DNA from: Candidatus Neptunichlamydia sp.
GTDB taxonomy: Bacteria > Chlamydiota > Chlamydiia > Chlamydiales > Simkaniaceae
DNA: 64,000 nt
Reading direction: 5' to 3'
Assembly: GCA_965233865.1 (NCBI GenBank)
Contig: OZ247587.1
Span: 384,001-448,000, forward strand
Part shown: positions 32,392 to 41,824 of the stretch, piece by piece
Layout of the letters: every line of letters starts with the position of its first letter
Numbering within the stretch: position 1 is the stretch's first letter
Position numbers and translations under genes: made by a program
Notes under the pieces: model-generated
Seen by the model: only the letters and a program-made list of their open reading frames with translations
Told to the model about the DNA's origin: nothing
Database searches by the model: none

Positions 32392-33757
32392 TTCCTTTGA
32401 TGTCGTGATCATTGGGTCAGGGCCGGGAGGGTATGTGGCTGCGATTCGTGCAGCTCAGCTTGGTTTAAAAACGGCCTGCGTTGAAAAGGAAAAAGCTCTG
32501 GGAGGGACCTGCCTGAATGTAGGATGTATTCCCTCAAAGTGTCTCTTGCACTCCTCCGAAATGTATTACAATCTACTCCATGAAGGAAAAACCCACGGGA
32601 TTGAAGCCACCCCTAAAATCAACTTTCCCCAAATGATGAAGCGCAAGGAAGAAGTCGTTTCGGGGTTCAATGTGGGAATCGAAGGGCTCTTTAAAAAGAA
32701 TAAAGTGACCCACATCAAAGGGAGCGCAACCTTTAAGGATTCTCATACGATTACAGTTGAAGGGCAAGACTACACTTCAAAGAATTTTATTCTAGCGACT
32801 GGGTCTGAACCCACCCCTCTTCCTTTTCTTCCCTTTGATGAAGAGAGAGTCCTCTCCTCAACAGAAGCTCTTGCTCTCAAAGAGGTCCCGAAAAAGATGA
32901 TCGTTGTAGGAGCAGGCATTATTGGCGTGGAGCTAGGTTCGGTCTATAGCCGATTAGGTGCCGAGGTCCATTTCGTTGAATTCCTCGATAAGATCTGTCC
33001 AACCCTTGATGATGCGATTTCAAAAGCCTTAGAGCAAACCCTTACAAAGCAGGGACTCACCTTTCAGCTCTCCTCAAAGGTTTCAAGCGCTGAGGTGACC
33101 TCCTCGGGGGTTAAGCTCTCAATCGAAGGGGGAAACACCCTCTCTGCAGAGTATGTTCTAGTCTCAGTTGGTCGCCGTCCCTACACCCAAGGACTGGGGC
33201 TAGAATCAGCTCAAATCACCCCAGATCAGAGGGGATTCATCCCGATTGATGATAATTTCCGTACCTCCCAGCCTCATATCTATGCGATTGGGGATATCGT
33301 TGATGGCCCCATGCTGGCCCATAAAGCCTCAGAAGAAGGGTATGCGGCGGCGGAGATTATAGCTGGGCAGAGTCCCCATATCGAGTACATTGCGATTCCC
33401 AGCGTTGTTTATACCCATCCTGAGGTGGGAGCTGTAGGCTTGACCGAGGTCGAGGCTAAGGGGATGGGGCTTTCCATCAAAACAGGAGAATTCCCCTTTA
33501 AGGCGAATGCTCGCGCCCGTTGCAGCGGGGACGATTTTGGGTTTGTCAAAATGATTGCAGACGCAGAAACTGGGGTTTTACTAGGTGTCCATATCATCTC
33601 TTCCTATGCTGGGGAATTGATTGCTGAAGCCACTCTTGCCCTTGAAAAACGGGCGACAGTAGCTGATCTTGCTCGCACTTTCCATGCCCATCCAACGCTC
33701 TCCGAGGCCCTCAAAGAAGCAGCTCTAGCCCTTGTTTCAAAACCGATCCATATGTAA
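32384..33757 (+). CDS. lpdA: Dihydrolipoamide dehydrogenase
   Basis: [13 protein letters not shown] and HAHPTLSE motifs. Confidence 0.97.
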   Translation: MVDSFDVVIIGSGPGGYVAAIRAAQLGLKTACVEKEKALGGTCLNVGCIPSKCLLHSSEMYYNLLHEGKTHGIEATPKINFPQMMKRKEEVVSGFNVGIEGLFKKNKVTHIKGSATFKDSHTITVEGQDYTSKNFILATGSEPTPLPFLPFDEERVLSSTEALALKEVPKKMIVVGAGIIGVELGSVYSRLGAEVHFVEFLDKICPTLDDAISKALEQTLTKQGLTFQLSSKVSSAEVTSSGVKLSIEGGNTLSAEYVLVSVGRRPYTQGLGLESAQITPDQRGFIPIDDNFRTSQPHIYAIGDIVDGPMLAHKASEEGYAAAEIIAGQSPHIEYIAIPSVVYTHPEVGAVGLTEVEAKGMGLSIKTGEFPFKANARARCSGDDFGFVKMIADAETGVLLGVHIISSYAGELIAEATLALEKRATVADLARTFHAHPTLSEALKEAALALVSKPIHM

Positions 33758-33792
33758 AAAAAGGTTCGTGTGAACCTCACACGAACCTTTTT
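33756..33792. terminator. Bidirectional intrinsic terminator
   Basis: AAAAAAA-GGTTCGTGTGA-ACC-TCACACGAACC-TTTTT between convergent genes. Confidence 0.9.
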
Positions 33793-33837
33793 AGAATATG
33801 TTTTAGAAGCAACTCTTAATAAGAGATTATCCCTAGT

Positions 33838-36800
33838 TTAAGAATCTTCCCCTTCTCTAAGAACTGCATCTAGCTCTTCGCGATCAATAACAAGAGGTTC
33901 TCTGGGGAGTTTGCTTGCTTTAACGATTTTCTTAAGGCAGTCAGCTGCATCGTCTTTTTGATCAGTGAATGCTAAGTTATTCAGGTTATCTTGAATTTCC
34001 TTTAGAAGTGGAGCTCTTTCAACCCCTTCTAAAGCTGGACTGATTGCTTCTGCAATCACCTGAGCAAGAACAGGAATGCCCAGTGTATTAACAGCGGCAA
34101 TTACACCATCAAAATTGTCGTTTTCAATCATGAAAATAGGAGTCTTAATGTCAGCTATGTAGCGAGTCAGTGCTGGTTGAGCCACATCTTGAAGGTGCGT
34201 TCTGAACTCATCGATTTGATTAGTGAATTGCGCTAGAGTCACGCTTTCTTCAAGACCTCTTAGTCTCATACTGATCGTATCGATGCCGTGTGCATCAGAA
34301 GTGATTCCTTTAAGTAGTTCAATGATTCTTTTATCAGCAGCTTTGACAGCTTTAGAGCCGGTGTAAAGTTTGGCATACTCATCCCAAGAGATTTTTCCTT
34401 CGGTGATGAGTAGGTATGCTGCGACTTTATTCGCATCAACTTCAGCACCATTTGCTAAAGCTTCAGCACCTTCCTCATTAAGGTGAGTGAGCAATTCTCT
34501 TGTAAGTGTTGCAGAACCTGTAGTTCCTGCTTCAAGAAGCCCAAGAGATTTACTTAGCATGCTGTAGTAGTCTCCAACTTGTAGGTTGAATCGTTTTTCA
34601 AGAGCGCCAGTATTGATGTTCCCAGTTTTAAAGAGCCCTAGGCTTCTAGCATAAGAGTCTTGAAGCTCTAATTCTAGAGTGTTTTTTTGATCATCTCTAG
34701 CTGCTTGTAGATTTTCGCTAACAGTTCCCTGCGTTGCAAGCGTTGTCAAGGCAGCAAGATGGTTGCTAAGTGCATCGATTTCATCCTGCTTTCCATCTGC
34801 ATCATAATGCTCAAGTGCTCGCGTAGAAGGAGCCTCCTCAACTCTCATGAAATCAAGAGCATTTTGGTATTGCCCCATGATTCCACCATTAGAGTATCCA
34901 ATCCAACGGCTGAATAGAGCAGCTTTTGCTTCTGCTTTAGTACTTCCAGCTCTTAGCGTCTCAGTGGTTACTGCGCTGTGCTTAAGAAGGCTTGGGTCTG
35001 TAAATACATTAAAGATGTTTACTTGCGCTGTGTCGTTGTTAGTATGCTTTCTAACAACCTCAGCAAGGAGGAAATTAGAAGGAACTATGTTTTTTAGAAG
35101 AGCAGCAGATCCTTGAGCATTCTTAACAACAGCGGAGATGTTTACCATTTGCGTCGCAGGATTAAAGTTAGCTGCGATTACTTGCGCCTGATCAGCGGGG
35201 ATAGCATCATTATTTAGAGTAGCTTGTAAAGCGCTACGACTGATTGCTTGGTTTTCTTCATATGGAGCTACCATTTTAGTTTCTGCATTAAAATTCGCTA
35301 CAAGACGTTGTACCTGTGTATAATGCCAACCGGCGTATGTTAGAGTGTCTGCGAGTGTTTCATTAGTGAATTGTTTATTCCGTATTATTCCTGTAATGTT
35401 AGCACCATTTTCGTCTGTAGTGATGTTGGATTCTGATAGAACAGTATAGATATCACCACCTACTTCCTGAAACTTTATGACATTACCCCCTGCTGATTTT
35501 TCTATCCCCAGTGCAGTTAATAGATCAGAAGAACTCATAGATACATCTTCTCGAGCCAAGGTTGGATCGATTTCATGGAGGCGATTTAAAGACATTTCTT
35601 GTGTTCCTGTAGCAACTTCTTCAGGAGTAAAGCCGTTAAGGATACTGAACATTTCGGTAGGCATTCTTGTTCCAAGAGCTTCAAGCTGCATGTTGAAGAA
35701 CTCTTCTCCAGACTGGTTGCCTCGGTTGGATTCTGAAATTTCTTGGAAGCTTCCAATCACTGATTCAGCAACAGCATCGGTTGTCAGAGCGTAGTTGTGA
35801 AATCTTGTGTGATCTACTGTGATGGTTCCAACGGTAGACTTCACTTTAGCCGTGAAGGTATCGTTAGCCTTTAGAGAATCCCAGATTTGAGTTTCAAAGC
35901 TAGCTTGAGCCTCTTTTAGCGTTGCAGCGTAATTTTCAGCCCCTTCTTCTTCACCAGGTTTTTCTGTAAGTAATGCTTCAGCAAAAAGTTGTGCGTGATT
36001 TCTAACATCATCATAAATTGCATTAAAAGACTCAGGTTTATTAGCATTAAAGTTTGTTGCAATTTCGTCTGTAAATTTAGTCACAGCGTATGGAGTTGCA
36101 TTCTTTCCAACAGGAGCTGATTGAATCCATAGGCTACTCATTTGATCACTTAGGAAGCTCGTTTTTGCTTGATCAATGATTTCCCCATCAGCATTGATAA
36201 TTCCAGCTTCCATTGCGATGTTGTGCGTGACAGCAGCAACCATTTGTCTTTGCGTATCAAATGATGGTGCGAGAGCTGAAATTGCGTTTATTGCAGCTTC
36301 TATCTGTACAATAGAAGTTTGTTTTGCAGCAAAAATATCTGCAGTTCCTGACAGTTTACTTCTCATGCTTTCTGGAAGTCTTGCTTCAAAAGCTTTTGCA
36401 GAAAGAATAAACCCCTCCTCTTTGCCTCTAGCCGTCGCAAGGTTTACATTAGAACCTTTAGCTTGTTTGAGCTTATCATCACGATATTGACTGACATCAA
36501 CCGTTACTCCCTTAGCTCTTAGATCAGCTAGATAAGAAATAGCTTCAGTTGCTAGAACAGGATTCTTTAGAAGTTCTTGGTTAGTTTTAGCGTCTGTAAC
36601 AAGTTGAGATCCATTAACAACAAAATTCCAGATGGATTTCAGCCCAACTAGAATTGTTTTCGCGAACCCATTATAGGTCGTATTTGTTTTGGCAGCCGTT
36701 GCTGATAAATCCCATCTAGAGAAGTCTTGATTTAGAAGAGCTTGTCCTTTAGATAGATCTCTTTCTTTAATTCCCAATGCTGTTCCAATTTGTTGTTTTG

Positions 36801-36945
36801 ATGGAGTTACTACAGGGAGAGCCTCTACAGTTCTCATATCATCCATAGATTTTGCTCTTTGCATTCTGCCTTGAGTGCTCTTTAGAGCGTCAGATTTTAT
36901 TAGGTTGTTGAGGGAAGAGGCTCTTGTTAGTCTTGTTTGTTCCAT
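33838..36945 (-). CDS. Large 1035-aa Ala/Thr-rich orphan protein, candidate secreted effector
   Basis: Uninterrupted ORF, AGGTG RBS, TGTTATAAT promoter in AT-rich upstream DNA; no recognisable domain. Confidence 0.7.
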   Translation of the reverse strand: MEQTRLTRASSLNNLIKSDALKSTQGRMQRAKSMDDMRTVEALPVVTPSKQQIGTALGIKERDLSKGQALLNQDFSRWDLSATAAKTNTTYNGFAKTILVGLKSIWNFVVNGSQLVTDAKTNQELLKNPVLATEAISYLADLRAKGVTVDVSQYRDDKLKQAKGSNVNLATARGKEEGFILSAKAFEARLPESMRSKLSGTADIFAAKQTSIVQIEAAINAISALAPSFDTQRQMVAAVTHNIAMEAGIINADGEIIDQAKTSFLSDQMSSLWIQSAPVGKNATPYAVTKFTDEIATNFNANKPESFNAIYDDVRNHAQLFAEALLTEKPGEEEGAENYAATLKEAQASFETQIWDSLKANDTFTAKVKSTVGTITVDHTRFHNYALTTDAVAESVIGSFQEISESNRGNQSGEEFFNMQLEALGTRMPTEMFSILNGFTPEEVATGTQEMSLNRLHEIDPTLAREDVSMSSSDLLTALGIEKSAGGNVIKFQEVGGDIYTVLSESNITTDENGANITGIIRNKQFTNETLADTLTYAGWHYTQVQRLVANFNAETKMVAPYEENQAISRSALQATLNNDAIPADQAQVIAANFNPATQMVNISAVVKNAQGSAALLKNIVPSNFLLAEVVRKHTNNDTAQVNIFNVFTDPSLLKHSAVTTETLRAGSTKAEAKAALFSRWIGYSNGGIMGQYQNALDFMRVEEAPSTRALEHYDADGKQDEIDALSNHLAALTTLATQGTVSENLQAARDDQKNTLELELQDSYARSLGLFKTGNINTGALEKRFNLQVGDYYSMLSKSLGLLEAGTTGSATLTRELLTHLNEEGAEALANGAEVDANKVAAYLLITEGKISWDEYAKLYTGSKAVKAADKRIIELLKGITSDAHGIDTISMRLRGLEESVTLAQFTNQIDEFRTHLQDVAQPALTRYIADIKTPIFMIENDNFDGVIAAVNTLGIPVLAQVIAEAISPALEGVERAPLLKEIQDNLNNLAFTDQKDDAADCLKKIVKASKLPREPLVIDREELDAVLREGEDS

Positions 36946-37210
36946 TTTTCACCTTTTATGTTTCTAATGTATTTTTTTATTCATTTATGTAATTATTATA
37001 ACATTTTTATCATTAATGATAAATAACTTTTAATTAATAACATATTTAAAATAATGTAGTAAGGTTTTTATAAGTATTTCATTTAATCTAGTTATGTATT
37101 AATAAATATTTAATTTATTAAAAATATGAGGTTTTATTTGATAAATAGAGATAAAAATCATATAATAGGTGGTATATTAATAACAAAATAATAGTTTAAG
37201 GAGTCTTCAA

Positions 37211-37405
37211 ATGGATGAAAAGCTTAGAACACGTGTAGCTACTCTGGAGAGTCAGGTAGACCTTTTAGAGTCAGAATTGACCTACTTAAATAGTCTTCTT
37301 ATCGAGGTTGGATTCCCTGAGGGGATCGAGACCTTGAAAGCTACTGCTGAAGAACTTCTCACTGAAGGGGTCACTGCCCCTCAGGAGCATTTAGAAGGGA
37401 TGTAA
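37211..37405 (+). CDS. Small conserved coiled-coil hypothetical protein
   Basis: AGGAG RBS; LESQVDLLESELTYLNSLLIEVGFPEGI. Confidence 0.7.
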   Translation: MDEKLRTRVATLESQVDLLESELTYLNSLLIEVGFPEGIETLKATAEELLTEGVTAPQEHLEGM

Positions 37406-37431
37406 TCTTGATTTGAACCATTCTTACTTGT

Positions 37432-37467
37432 AAAGGCAACCTCCTTCTGGAGGCTGCCTTTCTTTTT
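37432..37467 (+). terminator. Intrinsic terminator
   Basis: AAAGGCAACCTCC-TTCT-GGAGGCTGCCTTT followed by a T-run. Confidence 0.8.
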
Positions 37468-37739
37468 CTTGAGAACCAATTGCAAGAATCGACTGATCAG
37501 GAGTTTTGCAATTGTCTCTTGAGTTTTTTCTCTTAATCCGCTTTAATCCATCTCTAAAAGGCTAGTTATAGGACGATTTTTAGTTTCAAAGGGCAAATGA
37601 GACAAAACTAGATTTTTCTGATCGATGAATTTCATAGACAAAGTGTTATGGATGAGGAGGAAAGGGAATATGGTGAAATCACAGTTGCTCCTTGGTCCAA
37701 AAACCGTCCTAATACTCAGTCTACAAAGGTATAGATGAT

Positions 37740-37997
37740 ATGGCTAAGCTAATATTGAATGAAGATGAGGTAGAGATCGAAGATGGCTCGCCCCTAAAAG
37801 ACCCTTGCGAGGAAGCCGGAGTTCCCTTTGCTTGTACAGAAGGGGTTTGTGGTACATGCGTGATTGAAGTGAAAGAGGGGAGTAAGAACCTTTCTGAGCT
37901 CACTCAAGAGGAGCTTGATTTCTTAGGGGAGACTGATGAAGAGCGTCTCGCCTGCCAATGCACGATTAAACAAGGGACTGTTAAAATTGACTACTAA
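37740..37997 (+). CDS. 2Fe-2S ferredoxin
   Basis: ACTEGVCGTC...RLACQC motif. Confidence 0.93.
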   Translation: MAKLILNEDEVEIEDGSPLKDPCEEAGVPFACTEGVCGTCVIEVKEGSKNLSELTQEELDFLGETDEERLACQCTIKQGTVKIDY

Positions 37998-38553
37998 AGA
38001 ACCAATCACACGGGATATGACGATCGACTCGATTTTGGGAAAGTACCCCCAGAAGAGCCAGAGAATTGCTCAGGAGCTCTCAAATGCGGGGCTGCAGTGC
38101 GTTGGGTGCCAAGCTTCAACCTGGGAGACTCTCGAAGTTGGAATGCTTGGGCACGGCTATTCTGAGGATGAAATTGAGAGTCTTCTAAAGAAACTCAATG
38201 GAGTGATTGAGGAAAAAAGCGACCCGACAACGATCTCTATGACCAAGAGAGCTGCTAAAAAATTCAAGACGATTTTGGCTGCTGATAAAAAAGAGGGATG
38301 GTCTCTTCGCTTTGCTGATAAGCCTGGTGGGTGCGGTGGTTTCGAATATATTCTTGATTTTTCTGAAAAACCAATGGATGATGACGAAATATTTAATTCT
38401 CAAGATGTTAAGATCTTTGTAAACCGAAAGATGCTTCAACGACTACTCGGATGTGAAATTGACTATTTGGAAGGTCTTATGGGATCAGGGTTTAAGGTAA
38501 CAAATCCTAATGTAAAAGGGTCCTGTTCTTGTGGAAGTTCACAAAGCTATTAA
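37987..38553 (+). CDS. A-type Fe-S carrier (HesB/IscA) with an N-terminal DUF1858-like domain
   Basis: GLQCVGCQASTWETL N-domain; GGCGGFEY and CSCGSS motifs. Confidence 0.88.
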   Translation: MTTKEPITRDMTIDSILGKYPQKSQRIAQELSNAGLQCVGCQASTWETLEVGMLGHGYSEDEIESLLKKLNGVIEEKSDPTTISMTKRAAKKFKTILAADKKEGWSLRFADKPGGCGGFEYILDFSEKPMDDDEIFNSQDVKIFVNRKMLQRLLGCEIDYLEGLMGSGFKVTNPNVKGSCSCGSSQSY

Positions 38554-38597
38554 CCTAATTCTTGGTAATGAGCGAAATACGCTCAAAACTTAGGGTA

Positions 38598-40103
38598 TTA
38601 ATGTCCTTGAGAAATAGTTTCTAGTCCACCTAAAATTGTTGTAAGCTGAGAATTATGACTTCTCCCCTGCATAAATTTAGCGTTTCTAGTGATTGCTTCC
38701 CTGATAATTTTTTGTTCATTTTCAGTAAAGGCTTCAATATCCTCTTCTTTTCTTATCTTTGCTCTAATTTTCTCAAGAGAATTTTTAGCTGCGGCTTGTT
38801 TGCTTGAAGGTGGAATATTGCCTACGGGAGCTCTTTGAGCCTCTAGAAGTAATTCATTATGCACTTCTTGTGCTGTGAGAGGTGCAACATGGACCTCTTT
38901 GCACTCATGAGTAGAGTGTAGTACTAAGGGCTCGTGAAGGGCAGAATCAAGCCAACCCTTTTCTTCATCGCTGCTGCTGTAGTTTGAGTATTCTTCCTCT
39001 CCATCAACGCCGTGACCTGAACCAAGCTCCACAATTCTGGAGCTAATCATTGACTTCAGATCAACGTCTCCTTCAACACGTGAAACAGGGGTTGATACAG
39101 AGAAAACCCTTCCTACAAACGGAAGGGATGTTCGAGATGGGAGATAACTGCAGGAGTACGATCCGAATTGAGATAACCAATTTCCGCTAGTTCGTGTTGG
39201 AGTCACGGATGCAAATGGATCTAATTCTTCGCTTTCTCTGTCTCTATGTTCCTCTGAAAGAATTTCTTGTGATCTTAAGGGAACAGAGCCTAATGAATTT
39301 AAATGTTCAAAGGGATCACTTTCTAGTGGAAAGGCTTCTCCAAGCTCAAGGGCATCGTCCTCTTCCTCGATGTCTCTAACTAGAATGAGCTGCTCTGGAA
39401 GAAGAACGTTTATCATTGCTTTCCAGACGGTTTGCGCGGTCATATGCTGTCTTAGAATGTTGCAGGATTCGTTTATCACGCCTTCAAAGCTGATCGAAAC
39501 TCTTGAAGTTGTTTCTAATTGTCTTTCTATAGACTCTTGAGCTCCAGGATTGGCGCTTACGACAATATTTTTAACGCCGTTGAATCGAGCCAGAGTATAA
39601 TGATTAATCGCAGCTTTGACTGCAGCTTCGTCGTATAATCCATCTTCATCTTCCAGTCCTTCTTCTAAATAGGGGCGATATTGAGTAGGAATTGCCTCTT
39701 TAGCGACTGGGGCGGGTCTAGCTTGGTTATAGTGTTGAAAGATAGCATTTTTCTCTGAGTCAAACCCTGCCATCAAGAGATCTTCTGTCTCTTTATCTAT
39801 CCCAGTCTCACGACTGAGCTGAATCTCTCTTTCTCTAAAGTGTATTCCTAGGGAGTCAATGTGTGTAATATCGCTGTTACTTAGGTTGGTTTCTGAGGCC
39901 TCTTGGTGAGCGTTGAAGAAGGTTTTGGAGAGGTCTCTGAGTTTTACTGTATCGTGAGCTTGCATGCGGGAGGGGACTCCACCTTGAAAGATCATGGCAA
40001 AGTAGTTTTTACCACCAATTTTTACTTTTTGGTAATAGTCTCTTCCCATTGTTTGAGCTGTTTTGAAGCAAGCTTCTTGAACTATAGGTCTTGATTTTTC
40101 CAT
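38598..40103 (-). CDS. Acidic orphan protein, candidate effector
   Basis: 501-aa ORF with acidic/Ser-rich low-complexity half; TGATATAAT in AT-rich upstream DNA. Confidence 0.65.
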   Translation of the reverse strand: MEKSRPIVQEACFKTAQTMGRDYYQKVKIGGKNYFAMIFQGGVPSRMQAHDTVKLRDLSKTFFNAHQEASETNLSNSDITHIDSLGIHFREREIQLSRETGIDKETEDLLMAGFDSEKNAIFQHYNQARPAPVAKEAIPTQYRPYLEEGLEDEDGLYDEAAVKAAINHYTLARFNGVKNIVVSANPGAQESIERQLETTSRVSISFEGVINESCNILRQHMTAQTVWKAMINVLLPEQLILVRDIEEEDDALELGEAFPLESDPFEHLNSLGSVPLRSQEILSEEHRDRESEELDPFASVTPTRTSGNWLSQFGSYSCSYLPSRTSLPFVGRVFSVSTPVSRVEGDVDLKSMISSRIVELGSGHGVDGEEEYSNYSSSDEEKGWLDSALHEPLVLHSTHECKEVHVAPLTAQEVHNELLLEAQRAPVGNIPPSSKQAAAKNSLEKIRAKIRKEEDIEAFTENEQKIIREAITRNAKFMQGRSHNSQLTTILGGLETISQGH

Positions 40104-40280
40104 TATATATTATCACCTTATAATTAACTCTTTTCAATTATATCATATTTTACAATTAAATTTAACTATATTGTATATCTCTTACAACTAAATAATTATA
40201 TTATTTTCTGGATTAATAATGAGGGTATGTTATGCTCGGGTTTAGAGGAGTTAGCTTAAATTGCTACTTATTAGTATGTT

Positions 40281-40898
40281 ATGAACGAACTAATTCTCCC
40301 TCAGATTGAGGAGAAATTTCAGTCTGTACTTATTTTTGGTCCTCCGGGGGCTGGAAAGGGGACAATAGGGAAGTTTTTGAGTAGCGCTGGAAACCATTTC
40401 CACCTCTCTTCTGGAGATATTTTTAGAGGTCTCTCTCCAGAATCTCCAGCGGGGAAGCTCTATCACAGCTTTGCGGGGAAGGGGCAACTCCTCCCTGATG
40501 ATGTAACGATTGAGATCTGGCACCACTATGTGATGGGGCTGATTGCAACAAACCGGTATTTTCCTAAAGATCAGCTTCTTCTTCTAGATGGAATTCCAAG
40601 GACAGTCAAGCAGGTCAAAATTTTGCAGAGGTACATTTCTGTGAAAAAGATTATCCTTTTGGAGTCGAAACATCCTGACACTTTGATCCAAAGAATTCAA
40701 AGAAGAGCTTTGATTGAAAAAAGGCTTGATGATCGGGATGCTAAAGTACTCAAGAAGCGGATGGAAATCTACGAAAAAGAGACTTTTCCTGTTTTAGAGC
40801 ATTACGATGAAAAACTGATTATGCGTTTTGATGCGGAGCAAAAATCTCTCGAAGTCTTCAGAGACATTCTCGTCTCATTATGTGACACTTTATCCTAG
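40281..40898 (+). CDS. adk: Adenylate kinase family protein
   Basis: FGPPGAGKGT, HLSSGDIFR and LDGIPRT motifs. Confidence 0.88.
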   Translation: MNELILPQIEEKFQSVLIFGPPGAGKGTIGKFLSSAGNHFHLSSGDIFRGLSPESPAGKLYHSFAGKGQLLPDDVTIEIWHHYVMGLIATNRYFPKDQLLLLDGIPRTVKQVKILQRYISVKKIILLESKHPDTLIQRIQRRALIEKRLDDRDAKVLKKRMEIYEKETFPVLEHYDEKLIMRFDAEQKSLEVFRDILVSLCDTLS

Positions 40899-40918
40899 TT
40901 CGGTTATCCTTTGAAGGC

Positions 40919-41773
40919 ATGAACTGGGAACCACGAATCCACGAATTTTTATCATATATTTCCTCTGAAAAAGGGCTCTCTGTGAACACGATTCAGGCGT
41001 ATGGAAGAGATATTCGGCGTTTTGCAGAAGATCTAGATGGAGAGGCTACAGAAGAAGAAATCGTGAATCACATGAGCTACCTAAAGAAGAAGGGGTATGC
41101 GAGTAGCTCAATCTATCGGACACTGATGGCTCTCCGTGGTTTTTTCCGTTTTTTGAAGCGAGAAGGGCATGTTGAAAAGGATCCGACGGCTCTTTTGGAG
41201 TCACCAAAGATGTGGCAACTGGTTCCTGAGGTACTTTCAAGTGAAGAGATTGAAAGGCTGTTAGGAGCTCCTGGAAATGGAGAGGAAGAAATGCGCGATA
41301 AGGCAGTGCTTGAGACTTTGTATGCAACGGGAATTCGGGTGTCTGAGTTATGCAATTTAGATATTCATGATGTTGGGGAAAATACCGTTCGAGTGCTTGG
41401 AAAAGGAGGGAAAGAACGCATTGTCCCTATTGGAGAAGAAGCAATCGCTGCGATTGATGCATACCTTGGGAACTACCGTCATGACAAGGGGGACCATCGT
41501 CCTCTTTTTGTGTCTAAAAGGGGAAAGCGTATGAGTCGGGTGACTGTTTGGGAAAAGGTGAAGTTTTATGCGCGAGTGTCGGGAATCGAAAAAAAAATTT
41601 CTCCTCATACTTTACGTCATTCATTCGCAACGCATCTTTTAGACCATGGGGCGGATCTTCGGGTGATTCAGGAAATGCTTGGTCATGCCGATATTGGGAC
41701 AACGGATCGCTACACCCATCTTTCGAAAAAGCGTCTTTTTGACGCCTTCGACACATTTCATCCCCGGCAGTAA
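40919..41773 (+). CDS. xerD: Tyrosine recombinase XerD
   Basis: LYATGIRVSE, HTLRHSFATHLL and LGHADIGTTDRY motifs. Confidence 0.92.
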   Translation: MNWEPRIHEFLSYISSEKGLSVNTIQAYGRDIRRFAEDLDGEATEEEIVNHMSYLKKKGYASSSIYRTLMALRGFFRFLKREGHVEKDPTALLESPKMWQLVPEVLSSEEIERLLGAPGNGEEEMRDKAVLETLYATGIRVSELCNLDIHDVGENTVRVLGKGGKERIVPIGEEAIAAIDAYLGNYRHDKGDHRPLFVSKRGKRMSRVTVWEKVKFYARVSGIEKKISPHTLRHSFATHLLDHGADLRVIQEMLGHADIGTTDRYTHLSKKRLFDAFDTFHPRQ

Positions 41774-41824
41774 AGTAAAGATTTTTTATAGCAGGCATTT
41801 GTTTTACCTTATCCTTAGCTATAT

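Noticed and set aside
40919..41773. Tyrosine recombinase as the island integrase or invertase
   Set aside because: It looks like housekeeping XerD next to adk, ~6 kb from the island and separated from it by the RND operon
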